DNA of 64,000 nucleotides from Eledone cirrhosa (Eukaryota): NCBI GenBank assembly GCA_964016885.1, contig OZ024761.1, positions 20,336,001 to 20,400,000 of the forward strand, read 5' to 3'. Shown piece by piece: positions 43,336 to 57,133 of this stretch (position 1 is its first letter; each line of letters starts with the position of its first letter). The notes under the pieces were generated by a model. It saw only the letters and a program-made list of their open reading frames with translations, ran no database searches and was not told where the DNA came from. The position numbers and the translations under genes were made by a program.

Positions 43336-44227
43336 TATTTATTATTATTATATCAATATTAACATACCTGGCAAGTAGCTGCACCACCTTGAATAAAATC
43401 TCCGGCACAAAGAATTCCATCTGAAATTCGCATTCTAGAATTACTCTTACAAACACTGGTGGGGATAGCTGGAAGGGCCACCTTGTATAGTTTGTTAGGG
43501 CTGTTTCCTTGGACTGAAAATTACACAACAGAATGGTGGTTAATCAATCAATCAGTGATGTATATATAGAGATTGAGGTATTAGGAACAATTGATGATGT
43601 TTTATAGATACTTACAGCTGAAGTCTCCCCACCCAGCAGCCATACATCTTCTTGTACCAAATGTTTCTCCTTGTCTGGCCATTGTTGCAAATTTGACACA
43701 TCTTCCTTCACTGACTGGTCGGTCCAGGGTCAATATGGCAATGTCGTTCTCTTTCAAAGTAAAATATAAAATATATATGTTAGGCCTATATATATATATA
43801 TATACAAACATTTATACATACATAAAAATAAATACTGTGCACATATACAATGGTATATATATATATATATATATAAAGAGTAGAAGAAATAAGCAGTAAG
43901 AGGACATGATAATCGTTATACTCACTAATTATATATTTAGTATGTACATATTCACCATGTCTCACAATTCGGCTAACACTTCTTGACTGGGGACCAGAAT
44001 TCCACTTCTCGTTGGAACCAACATTTACTTTAACCCGTCTCACTTTTCCTTCCCTAAAATCAAACAAAATATTAATTTAATGGTCTAATGTTGTTTTATA
44101 TAATCTTAGGAGTTGTTAAGTTGTTTCTATCTTATATGGAAGTGTTATACCAGGAGTAACCTTAAAATATATTGTCAGATATTAAACTATATTGGTATGT
44201 GACATTGTAGTGTTATAAATGGAGTCT

Positions 44228-44557
44228 TGTAGTGTAATATCTTCTCACTTTGTATTGTAATATCTTCTCACTTTGCATTGTAAATCTTCTCACTTTGTAT
44301 TGTAATATCTTCTCACTTTGCATTGTAATATCTTCTCACTTTGTATTGTAATATCTTCTCACTTAGTAGTGTAATATCTTCTCACTTTGTATTGTAATAT
44401 CTTCTCACTTTGCATTGTAATATCTTCTCACTTTGTATTGTAATATCTTCTCACTTTGTAGTGTAATATCTTCTCACTTTGCATTGTAATATCTTCTCAC
44501 TTTGTATTGTAATATCTTCTCACTTTGTAGTGTAATATCTTCTCACTTTGTATTGTC
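44228..44557. repeat. 23-bp minisatellite (intron 2 of C)
   Basis: Reverse complement of the D array, about 14 units. Confidence 0.92.
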
Positions 44558-44823
44558 ACACAATGACCCAGAACAATTATTCCACAACCTAACAGCCTGT
44601 ATATATCTATATTATTGAATTACATTGAGCTATACCTTTACTGTCATTTCTCTAATACGACGAGTGTGTTTAAATCCAACGCACTCAAGTATTTTAATCT
44701 TATATATATATGAGGTTGGTGTTAGGAAGGGCATCCAGCTGTAGAAATCAAGCCAGAATCAGTTCCCGTCCCACCCTTGCAAGCAGGGAAAAGTGGACGT
44801 AAAATGAAATGATGATGATGATG

Positions 44824-44865
<42 letters not shown>

Positions 44866-46011
44866 ATATATATATAATGTGTGTATACTCAGAGAAATAT
44901 GTTGTGAAGAGCTGAAATGATATAATTCTTTGTTTATCGATAGAAGACATCAACATCACCTACCAGCAAAAGCTGAAGCAATCGTAAGAAGGCAACACAG
45001 AGACAACATGGTGTTAATAGATGTGAAACTGTTTGTGTAGAAACACTAACTGATACCAGAGCTAAGGAAAGTGGGGTTTTTATAAGCAAGAGTTCTTAGG
45101 GAAGACATAGGTTGTGAAACAACAGCTGAAATTTTCCATTAATATTCTAATAATATAACCAGGAAGAAAAGAGATTGTTTCATTGTAAACCAAATTATGT
45201 TTTCTACATTAGAGTGATAATCAATATAATTTTATATTATATCTCTAACGAGTTTATCTAACTTCTATTGAACAAATATTGTCATCTGTTGTGAGGAAGT
45301 TCGTAAATCACATCAATGAAACTTCCGCGTAATATTTTTTTATAAGAATTCTTTGTTGAAAGCAATTCTTTGTTATTTGATTTCCTTGATATTTCATTTG
45401 ATGGGAAAATATTCATATGGTAGCTTCAGTTACAAGAATCTTTCTTCTAACCAGTCAGAATCTGACCAACTGTGATTATTAATCAATTCTTTTACACAAT
45501 CATTTATTTTGATTTTATAAATGTTGTTGTTATTGTTGTTATTTTCTCTTTAACCTCTGCGAGGCTTTTCCCTTTAACTAAAATCTCAATAAATGTTTGT
45601 GTAAAAGAATTGATTAATAATCACAGTTGGTCAGATTCTGACTGGTTAGAAGAAAGATTCTTGTAACTGAAGCTACCATATGAATATTTTCCCATCAAAT
45701 TAAATATCAAGGAAATCAAATAACAAAGAATTGCTTTCAACAAAGAATTCTTATAAAAAAATATTACGCGGAAGTTTCATTGATGTGATTTACGAACTTC
45801 CTCGCAATAGATGACAATATTTGTTCAATAGAAGTTAGATAAACTCGTTAGAGATATAATATAAAATTATATTGATTATCACTCTAATGTAGAAAACATA
45901 ATTTGGTTTACAATGAAACATTCTCTTTTCTTCCTGGTTATATTATTAGAATATTAATGGAAAATTTCAGCTGTTCTTTCACAACCTATGTCTTCCCTAA
46001 GAACTCTTGCT

Positions 46012-46048
46012 TATAAAAACCCCACTGTCGTTAGCTCTGGTATCAGTT
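46012..46048 (+). promoter_or_regulatory. TATA box + Inr of copy D (mirror for C at about 45048-45084)
   Basis: TATAAAA..TCAGTT with the same spacing as in A and B. Confidence 0.7.
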
Positions 46049-46086
46049 AGTGTTTCTACACAAACAGTTTCACATCTATTAACACC

Positions 46087-48668
46087 ATGTTGTCTCTGTG
46101 TTGCCTTCTTCTTACGATTGCTTCAGCTTTTGCTGGTAGGTGATGTTGATGTCTTCTATCGATAAACAAAGAATTGTATCATTTCAGCTCTTCACAACAT
46201 ATTTCTCTGAGTATACACACATTATATATATATATAACATTTTTGTCATTTTTTTCAGATCCCAAAACTCAAATTGTTGGTGGATATGAAGCTCAAAACT
46301 GTGAATTTCCATCCATTGTCCATCTCCAAATTTATAACCAGCCAACTGATAACATGATCAGTATGTGTGGAGGTACTTTGATTGATGCTACACATGTATT
46401 GACAGCAGCTCATTGTCTGTAAGTATATCATATATATGTAACTGATATCACATCTTAATATTCCATCTAGTGTTCCCTGGTTGTGTGATATGAAGGTTGA
46501 TAACAACTTGAAGATGTAAATATAGAAGTGAGAAGATATTACAATGCAAAGTTAGAAGATATTACAATGCAAAGTGAGAACATATTACACTACAAAGTGA
46601 GCAGATATTACACTACAAAGTGAGAAGATATTACAATACAAAGTGAGAAGATATTACAATGCAAAGTGAGAACATATTACACTACAAAGTGAGAAGATAT
46701 TACAATGCAAAGTGAGAACATATTACACTACAAAGTGAGAACATATTACACTACAAAGTGAGAAGATATTACACTACAAAGTGAGCAGATATTACACTAC
46801 AAAGTGAGAAGATATTACAATACAAAGTGAGAAGATTTACAATGCAAAGTGAGAACATATTACACTACAAAGTGAGCAGATATTACACTACAAAGTGAGA
46901 AGATATTACAATACAAAGTGAGAAGATATTACAATGCAAAGTGAGAAGATATTACAATACAAAGTGAGAAGATATTACACTACAAAGTGAGAAGATATTA
47001 CACTACAAAGTGAGAAGATATTACAATACAAAGTGAGCAGATATTACACTACAAAGTGAGAAGATATTACAATACAAAGTGAGAAGATATTACAATGCAA
47101 AGTGAGAAGATATTACAATACAAAGTGAGCAGATATTACACTACAAAGTGAGAAGATATTACAATACAAAGTGAGAAGATTTACAATGCAAAGTGAGAAC
47201 ATATTACACTACAAAGTGAGCAGATATTACACTACAAAGTGAGAAGATATTACAATACAAAGTGAGAAGATATTACAATGCAAAGTGAGAAGATATTACA
47301 ATACAAAGTGAGAAGATATTACAATGCAAAGTGAGAAGATATTACAATACAAAGTGAGAAGATATTACACTACAAGACTCCATTTATAACACTACAATGT
47401 CACATACCAATATAGTTTAATATCTGACAATATATTTTAAGGTTACTCCTGGTATAACACTTCCATATAAGATAGAAACAACTTAACAACTCCTAAGATT
47501 ATATAAAACAACATTAGACCATTAAATTAATATTTTGTTTGATTTTAGGGAAGGAAATGTGAGACGGGTTAAAGTAAATGTTGGTTCCAACGAGAAGTGG
47601 AATTCTGGTCCCCAGTCAAGAAGTGTTAGCCGAATTGTGAGACATGGTGAATATGTACATACTAAATATATAATTAGTGAGTATAACGATTATCATGTCC
47701 TCTTACTGCTTATTTCTTCTACTCTTTATATATATATATATATATACCATTGTATATGTGCACAGTATTTATTTTTATGTATGTATAAATGTTTGTATAT
47801 ATATATATATATAGGCCTAACATATATATTTTATATTTTACTTTGAAAGAGAACGACATTGCCATATTGACCCTGGACAAACCAGTCCGTCAAGCTAGAT
47901 GCGTCAAATTTGCAACAATGGCCAGACAAGGAGAAACATTTGGTACTAGAAGATGTATGGCTGCTGGGTGGGGAGACTTCAGCTGTAAGTATCTATAAAA
48001 CATCATCAATTGTTCCTAATACCTCAATCTCTATATATACACCTCTGATTGATTTTAACCATCATTCTATATTGTAATTTTCAGTCCAAGGAAACAGCCC
48101 TAACAAACTATACAAGGTGGCCCTTCCAGCTATCCCCACCAGTGTTTGTAAGAGTCATTCTAGAATGCGAATTTCAGATGGAGTTCTTTGTGCCGGAGAT
48201 TTTATTCAAGGTGGTGCAGCTACTTGCCAGGTATGTTAATATTGATATAATAATAATAAATAACTATTTCTCTATTATCCTATCACGTGATCCTGCAGAC
48301 TGACTGAGGCCATGTTGGGGCATTAATATAAAATATACATAGTGTCAGCAAATTCTCTGTAAAAACAATTATTTAAATTTACAAAAAAATTCCTTCTGTC
48401 TTATAGATATAGAATGACTGTCTTGTTTATGTGAAATAATCTCTAAATATAACAAGGTTTATATAATGTCTATTGATTTCAGTTACATATAGTTGTATAT
48501 TGTTTGTTGTTGTTACAGGGTGATTCTGGTGGTCCACTTTACTGTCCTAGTTCAAATGGTCAAATGGTGTTAGCAGGAGTTACCTCATATGGAAACAAAT
48601 GTGATTTAGAAATCAGTGCCTTTACTGATGTTGGATATTTCAGAAACTGGATCAATAATCACTTGTAA
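46087..48668 (+). CDS. Secreted S1 serine protease, copy D (255 aa)
   Basis: Exons 46087-46135, 46259-46418, 47549-47676, 47850-47984, 48085-48230 and 48519-48668. DPKTQ|IVGG, TAAHC, NDIA, ATCQGDSGGP. Confidence 0.94.
46525..47375. repeat. 23-bp minisatellite (intron 2 of D)
   Basis: Unit AAAGTGAGAAGATATTACAMTRC, about 37 units. Confidence 0.95.
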
Positions 48669-48847
48669 GAAGAACTTTATTGAACATTTTCTGTTTATGT
48701 AGAAATATTAACAAAATATTATCTATGATGTATTAAGAAACTAATAAATCTATCAAATAAATTATTGAAATTGTGGTTATTGTTATCTTGTTTTAAATCT
48801 GAGTTTAAAACAACCTGTGGTCAATTTTGCCAATATAGTGTGTAGCT

Positions 48848-49195
48848 TGGAGATCAGAGTCAGTCAAGGTAGAGCCACTGGACAGATTTGTGGCTCAGAG
48901 ATCAGAGAGTCAGTCAAGGTAGAGCCACTGGACAGATTTGTGGCTCAGAGATCAGAGAGTCACTCCAGGTAGAGTCACTGGACAGATTTGTAGTGCAGAG
49001 ATCAGAGAGTCAGTCCAGGTAGAGCCACTAGACAGATTTGTAGCTCAGAGATCAGAGAGTAGCTCCAGGTAGAGCCAGTACTTCTCTAAATTGAGATATC
49101 ACAGCTCCAATACTATGGGTATGTGGTCAGAATATCTCAGGAAAGAAATTGTAGGTTGGAGATCAGTGAGTCACTCAAGGTAGAGCCACTACTTC
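48848..49195. repeat. 50-bp minisatellite
   Basis: GGTAGAG(C/T)CA recurs near 48868, 48918, 48968, 49018 and 49067. Confidence 0.88.
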
Positions 49196-50453
49196 TCTGA
49201 ATTTAAAGATCATATTATGGACATGTTCAGCCAGAGTCTTTTGTCACACAATATTTAGTCCAGCACTTCTGCCCTCTTTCCCTCAGCCCAAAGCCCAATC
49301 ACCCTCCCCTCTCTTCTGTGTCACCAGAGCTCTTGCCATCCCTTCCCATTCCCGTTGTTTTTCTTCTTTCTTTCTCACCTTTTTCTCTGTATTTCCTTAT
49401 TCTTTCTTTCCTTTTGTTTCTGACCAGCAGATTGTTGGTTCTAATTAACCCTTTAGCATTTAAACCAGCCATATCCGGCCAGAATTCTCACACCTCTTTC
49501 TGTTTCTGTTCAAACCAGCTGTAATCAGCTGCTAATACTGATGTTAAGGTATTGTTCTCAAAATAAATAATATCAAAATCTCACAGCTTCGATATTATGT
49601 AAGGTAAAGCCTTTACTGTGAAAATACAATAGTATATATAGAGTAATGTAAATGTTATGTGAGATATTATGTGAGGTAAAGCCTTTACTGTGAAAATACA
49701 TTAGTAAATATAGAGTAATGTAAATGTTATGTGAGATATTATGTGAGGTAAAGCCTTTACTGTGAAAATACAATAGTATATATAGAGTAATGTAAATGGT
49801 AAAGTGCAGCATTATCTGAGGACAACTTTGTCTCTGTCACCACCAGACAACCTCAACCCTCCTTGGTCAAGCCTACCGACCCATAATATCTACTATTGCT
49901 GAGTATGTGTGCCATGGTTCATCACAACAATAGCACCAAATTGACAGGCCAGCTCTAAATCAAGTCTATTCTCTGTTCATGTTTGCTGTAATCCTGTAAT
50001 CTACACCTGATGATGTCACCAAAGTCTTACGTCATGATCTAATGATGTACCCAGTACATAGAAATACGTATTGTGATTTTGCAATATTAAAAGACTACAG
50101 AGTCAGGCCTTCTGTTGTCTTTCAAGTATATATTGAACTTCATCGCAGCATCAACCACAAGATACCTCATCTACAATAGATGATATACATAACGTTGAGT
50201 GCTTTAGTTTATTACGTCACAGAATGACCAGATCTATGTATTGGTAAACCTACGATACAACATAAATGGTTTATATGTTCAATTTTTTTATCTTTACTCG
50301 GACCTTTTTCCTGTTTCTCCTTTGTAATCCTGCCTCTGTTTTGTACTCCTGAAGAAGAGCTTAAGACCGATACGTTAAACTTTCTTTCCTTTTTCCAATA
50401 TAAAGCGTGAAACTAATAAGACTTTTTGTACCTTTGTTTCTTGTCTCTTGAAC

Positions 50454-50487
<34 letters not shown>

Positions 50488-50772
50488 CATATATATATAC
50501 ATATATTGGGCAATGCGTTATGTCCTTGAGCAAGACTTTATTTCATGTTGCTACCTTCTACCTGGAGTTGCAACCGATAGATAGTATTAGCAATTGGAAA
50601 GACCAATGGAAACATTGTTTCCTGAGCCCAAAATTTGATGAGCTCCACCCCACTCATTAAGCAAATGTGGTCTGGGATCTGGTCAATCGACTGTCGATAT
50701 ATATATGTATACACACACACACATTTATTTATATATATATATATATGTATACATACACACACACACACACAG

Positions 50773-50886
<114 letters not shown>

Positions 50887-51101
50887 GATTATTTGTCTAG
50901 TTAATTTCTATGGACTAAGAGGAAAGACTAGGTAAATTTTATCTGACTGTTCCATATAGAGGGACATCGATAACATTTACCTATTATTTCTTCAAAGTTA
51001 CATTTTAAACTTAGCTCCGTTTAAATGATTATTTATCTGGTTAATTTCTACGGACTAAGAAGAAAAAATTGGATAAATTTTGTCTGACTACTCTTCAAAC
51101 T

Positions 51102-51178
<77 letters not shown>

Positions 51179-51417
51179 GTATAGTGGTAGCTATGGTGCT
51201 TCCATAGGCGGTATGCCAAAATTAGCACTCGATATTCATGAGAGTAGAGTGTGATAAAATTTGCTCCGGACATAACAGACGTCTCTGAAAGAACCCGCAG
51301 AAGTAGAATCACCTAGAACCATCCAAGGATCTACATGACTCGAGCTACATGCCGGCGAAACATTTGTAACACGAAATAAACTAAGTCCAGATGCATCACT
51401 GATTTTTCGTTTTCTTG

Positions 51418-51493
<76 letters not shown>

Positions 51494-51496
<3 letters not shown>

Positions 51497-51557
51497 TTAT
51501 CTGATGAAAGCACACCATAATTTAACTTGGTGTCCTTGAAATATGTATAATGAAATA
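51494..51557 (+). ncRNA. Minimal hammerhead motif, paralog of 15389
   Basis: TTTAT-CTGATGA-AAGcACACCA..TGGTGTcCTT-GAAA-TATGTA-TA-ATGAA. Confidence 0.72.
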
Positions 51558-51731
51558 AATATGGTTTTATAAATATAGTTTCCATTTGTTAATATATCGT
51601 ATATATATATATATAGTAATAATAATAAAAATATAAAGTTCTGCGTTTACAGATTGACTTTGTTAGTTTCAGAAGATCCCGTTAAGGGTGAAAGCAGCGA
51701 TTCTTTGCTTAAACTTTAATCTGTTATTTTA

Positions 51732-51790
<59 letters not shown>

Positions 51791-51841
51791 TTATTCAAAA
51801 TATTAACAAATGAAAAATATTCTCATAATCAAAATATATAC

Positions 51842-51901
51842 TTTATTATATATATTTCAAAGGTACTGTGTTGTTTTTTCAGTACATCCTCATCAGACAA
51901 A
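51842..51901 (-). ncRNA. Minimal hammerhead motif inside a fold-back (arms 51789-51860 and 51957-52028)
   Basis: TTTGT-CTGATGA-GGAtGTACTG..CAGTACcTTT-GAAA-TATATA-TA-ATAAA. Confidence 0.72.
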
Positions 51902-52296
51902 ATATATGATTTGATATATGACATACCGCTATGGTCTTGATTATTCAATTCCAGTATTGAAATATATATAATAAAGTATATATTTTGATTATGAGAATAT
52001 TTTCCATTTGTTAATATTTTGAATAATATTAAAAACTCCAGGATAACTTTTTTTGTTGAGTGCTTCTAATCTATTGTAAAATTGTATTCATTGAGTAATC
52101 AACGAACCATACTAATCTTTGGTTATATATATATATATAATGTTGTAGTTTGCTTGAAGCATTGTATATAATATAATATATAATGTGGAAAGTTATATAA
52201 GGCTAAACAATGTAAAATGGACGATAAGATGGAAGTAACCTACAAATTTAGTTACCTGTTAATCTTTATTTTGTTTTTGTTGCTGTTTCTTTGGTT

Positions 52297-52331
52297 CTAA
52301 TATTTCGGACTTAAAATTCCCTTCATCAGAG
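52297..52331 (-). ncRNA. Very short hammerhead motif inside an imperfect fold-back (about 52180-52410)
   Basis: CT-CTGATGA-aGGGA..TCC-GAAATATT-AG. Confidence 0.45.
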
Positions 52332-52429
52332 TATCTACAACCAGGTAACTAAATGTTTCATTACCACCATCTTATTGTTTATTTAGCCTTATATAATTTT
52401 CCACATTATATACCGATGATGATGATGAT

Positions 52430-52569
52430 GTCCCCGAGGACGCACCCTAATTTTGACAACCAAAAATTTGAAAAAGTAATAACAAACAACCTTCTGCCTC
52501 CAGGACACACGGTAGATTTTTGAGACTTATTTTAGGAAAAAAGTAGCGTCTTCGATGCCGAGAAATACG

Positions 52570-52570
<1 letters not shown>
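52430..52570. mobile_element. pogo/Tigger-like (Tc1/mariner) terminal fragment
   Basis: Ends ..GCGTCTTCGATGCCGAGAAATACGG next to (TA)n, resembling CCGTATTT-type TIRs. Confidence 0.45.
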
Positions 52571-52609
<39 letters not shown>

Positions 52610-52633
52610 GGTATATATATATATATATATACC

Positions 52634-52679
<46 letters not shown>

Positions 52680-52701
52680 GGTATATATATATATATATAC
52701 C

Positions 52702-52755
<54 letters not shown>

Positions 52756-53290
52756 GGTATATATATACCGTATATACCGTATATATATATATATAAACAA
52801 ACATAAATTATCAAGATTCGCATTTCGGCCCACGAAATAACGAAAAACAACCTCCGAGATGTGAGGCAAGTGCTCAATGGTTCAGATGAACCAGAGCTAT
52901 AACAAACGTTAAAGGCCAAACACACTGAGACGATGGTTAAACAATCATTCACATAGCCAAAAAAAACGATCAAGTAATTCGGGTATTGAAAATTTACCCG
53001 AACCCCTGGAAGGTTGGTAAAATCCAGTATATGGGTTTCTAAATCAAGTACCGTCCGCTTACATAAATAATGTCAGGCTTCTGGTAAGATGATTGAACAA
53101 GGAAGCCACTTTCTCAACAGGTTTTAGTTCAATGTTAATACAAGGACTGACTATTGCTGACTTCACGTGGGAATCGGCAAGGGAGGCAGCCCCTATATCA
53201 GGCGAATAAATTCAGTTGTGTATATTTTTGCAAGAATGCAAAAACATCACAAATCGAATAGAGTTCTCAACAGAAGGGTTAAAATTATAC

Positions 53291-53325
<35 letters not shown>

Positions 53326-53336
53326 TATATATATAC

Positions 53337-53513
<177 letters not shown>

Positions 53514-53841
53514 AAATAATTTCACGACCATTACATTATTTTCACTGTCTTTAATACAAACAAGAAGAACAACAACAACACTTGCATATAATGTATATTT
53601 ATTACCAATGTTCCTTTACAAATAGCAGTTGTAGAAAAGTTGTTTTTTTTAGCTATCGGTCAGCTTTGGTCATGCAGATCTATGACCAATGACCACCAAC
53701 ATTACTGTATACATCTTGGACTAAATTATATAATATATCCTTTTCTGTTTAAGACGCCAGTGTGGGATTTGAGGTATTTTAGGTTCTATTTCTAACGCAT
53801 AGAACAACCACTCAGATGTTAACTCGTTGTTTCAGTACATA

Positions 53842-55388
53842 TTACATATGATTATTAATCCATCTACGGAAATATCCGACATCAGTGAATGCGTTGACGT
53901 CTCTGTCACAAGTGCTTCCGAATGAGGTAACTCCAGCTAACACCATTTGACCATTTGAACTAGGACAGTAAAGTGGACCACCAGAATCACCCTGTAACAA
54001 CAACAACAAACAATATACAACTATATGTTACTGAAATCAATAGACATTATATAAACCTATTGGCAGTATCGGTAGAGGGTCGGACACCATGCTTTGCAGC
54101 AAAGAGTTACGGCCCTTTATGATCTGAGTTTAAATCCCGCCGAGGTTAACTTTGCCTTTCATCCTTACGGGGTCGATAAAATAAAGTACCAGTAATACAC
54201 TGGGATAATTGCTGGCCTTGTGCCAAAAGTAGAAACAATTATTATTATTATTGTTAGGTAGAGGTCGGACACCATGCTTTTCAGTATAGTTACGTCCCTT
54301 TACGATCTGAGTTCAAATCCCGCCGAGGTTAACATTGCCTTTCATCCTTACATGTTCGATAAAATAAAGTACCAGTCACGCACTGGGTTCGATTTAATCG
54401 ACTTTCCCCTCCCCAAAAATTGTATTAATATCAACGTACCTGGCAGGTACCACCTCCACCTACGACAAAATCTCCGGCACACAGAACTCCATCAGAAATT
54501 ACCATCGCAGAATCTCGTCGACATGTATCAAATGGTATAACTGGTAGAGCAACCTTGTATAATTTATCAGGGCTGTTTCCATCAGCTGAAAATTACACAA
54601 CAAAATGAGGGTTAAAATTTATTTGTGATATATAAATATATATATACAGTTATAAATTGGGTGTTGAGTTCTAGTCTATTATTGATTGGTGGTTGTGTTT
54701 TGTCTATAATTAGTGCTTCCTTAATTCTAAGATTGCCGAGGTTTCTTTCCTTAGTTTCTATCCTCGGCAATCTTGGAATTAAGGAAGCACTAATTATAGA
54801 CAAAACACAACCAGCAATCAATAATAGACTAGAACTCAACACCCAATTTATAACTTGAGAGAGCATCTAGCCCCATACTTACACCCCCTCCCACACAGAC
54901 ACGCACACACACACGCACACACACACACACACGCTTACACCTCCATGTATTCTCTCTCACACACAAAAACCAGTTCTAACACGAGAGAACATCTATCCCC
55001 CACATTTACGTACAGACATATCTTCTCACACACACACACACACACATACTTACACATTCACGCATTCTCCCACACACTTAAACAGACATGTACAAAAAAA
55101 AAATCTTTTAAAGGGAGACTACTCTTTACCTCTTTGACATTAGAGATAGAACAGATACTCTATACCATTTCCTGTCAGCTTGACTTGGTAAATTGGTTTA
55201 ACCGCTATACTTCCCTCCGAAGAAGAGATATTATCTCGAAAATTAAGGACGTTTAAATAAATCTAAGGTAAAAGACTAATTGTCAACAATATCTTTTGCA
55301 TTTTTATTCTATGTCCATACCTGCATTGTTTTGCTTTACAAATTCAAACGTTTATATATATATATATATATGTATGTATATATGTATG

Positions 55389-55420
<32 letters not shown>

Positions 55421-55455
55421 TACATACATATAAATGATTAATATATATATATACA

Positions 55456-55507
<52 letters not shown>

Positions 55508-55847
55508 TGGATATGTATATACATATATATATATATATATATAATATATATATATATAATCAAGATTTAGCAAATAGAAAAGTTTTTTTAAAGTTTACTG
55601 TACCTACTATATATATATATGTATGTGTATACATATAAATATATATATGTATGTGTGTATATATATATAAAAAATATATATGTTTATATATATACATATA
55701 TATATATATATTTATATATATGAAAACATGGAGAAAGAGACGATTATTAGGAAGAAAAATATTTTTTTTTCCCTTTTTATTTCTCTCTCTCTCTTTTCTG
55801 GGTTAGAAAATGATTAAAACAAAATATTTTACTTCCTCTCCACATTT

Positions 55848-55917
<70 letters not shown>

Positions 55918-56276
55918 GTGTGTGTATATATATGTATATATATATATGTGTGTGTATATATATATATGTGTGTGTGTATATATATATATGTGTATATATA
56001 TGTGTGTGTGTATATATATATGTGTATATATATGTGTGTGTGTATATATATATATATGTGTGTGTGTATATATATATATGTGTATATATATATGTGTGTG
56101 TGTATATATATATATGTGTATATATATATGTGTGTGTGTGTGTATATATATATATGTGTATATAAATATATATGTGTGTGTGTATATATATATATATATG
56201 TGTATATATATATATATATGTGTATATATATATATATGTGTATATATATATATATGTGTATATATATATATATGTG

Positions 56277-56309
<33 letters not shown>

Positions 56310-56961
56310 GTGTGTGTATATATATATATATATATGTGTATATATATATATGTGTATATATATATATGTGTATATATATATATGTGTATATATATATATG
56401 TGTATATATATATATGTGTATATATATATATGTGTGTATATATATATGTGTATATATATATATATGTGTATATATATATATATGTGTATATATATATATG
56501 TGTATATATATATATATGTGTATATATATATATGTGTGTATATATATATATATATGTGTATCATCATTTCATCATTTCATTTTACGTCCGCTTTTCCCTG
56601 CTTGCAAGGGTGGGACGAGAACTGATTCTGGCTTGATTTCTACAGCTGGATGCCCTTCCTAACACCAACCTCATTTACAGTGAGTGCTGGGTGCTTTTTT
56701 GCCGTGGCACCTCCACGACCACTTTGCAGTGGAATGATATGGACCCCAGTCCCTATCATCTCATTTCTACAGCTGAGTAAACTGGAGCAATGTGAAATAA
56801 AGTGTCTTGCTCAAGGAAACAACACATCACCCGGTCTGAGAATTGAACTCACAACCTTTCGATTGCAAGGCCAATGCTCTAACCACTAAGCCATGTGCCT
56901 CCATTGTATATATATATATATGTGTATATATATATATGTGTATATATATGTATATGTGTAT

Positions 56962-57019
<58 letters not shown>

Positions 57020-57026
57020 GTATATG

Positions 57027-57059
<33 letters not shown>

Positions 57060-57102
57060 GTATATGTATATATATATGTATATGTATATGTATATATATA
57101 TG

Positions 57103-57133
<31 letters not shown>

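Larger units (their letters stand above)
41797..45009 (-). pseudogene. S1 serine protease copy C, lacking exon 2 (mature N-terminus and His57)
   Basis: Exons 45009-44964, 44053-43926, 43750-43616, 43513-43368 and 41946-41797 are present. No exon-2 sequence between 44964 and 44053; that interval holds a SINE tail, a repeat and a 23-bp array. Confidence 0.85.

Noticed and set aside
46525-47375. CRISPR-like appearance of the 23-, 34-, 41-, 50- and 72-bp arrays
   Set aside because: Head-to-tail units with no unique spacers, no cas genes and a eukaryotic context.
53150-53215. HDV/CPEB3-like ribozyme (TTCACGT..GGCAGC..GGCGAA)
   Set aside because: I could not build the nested double pseudoknot; it folds as simple hairpins. 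Kept only as a conserved block.
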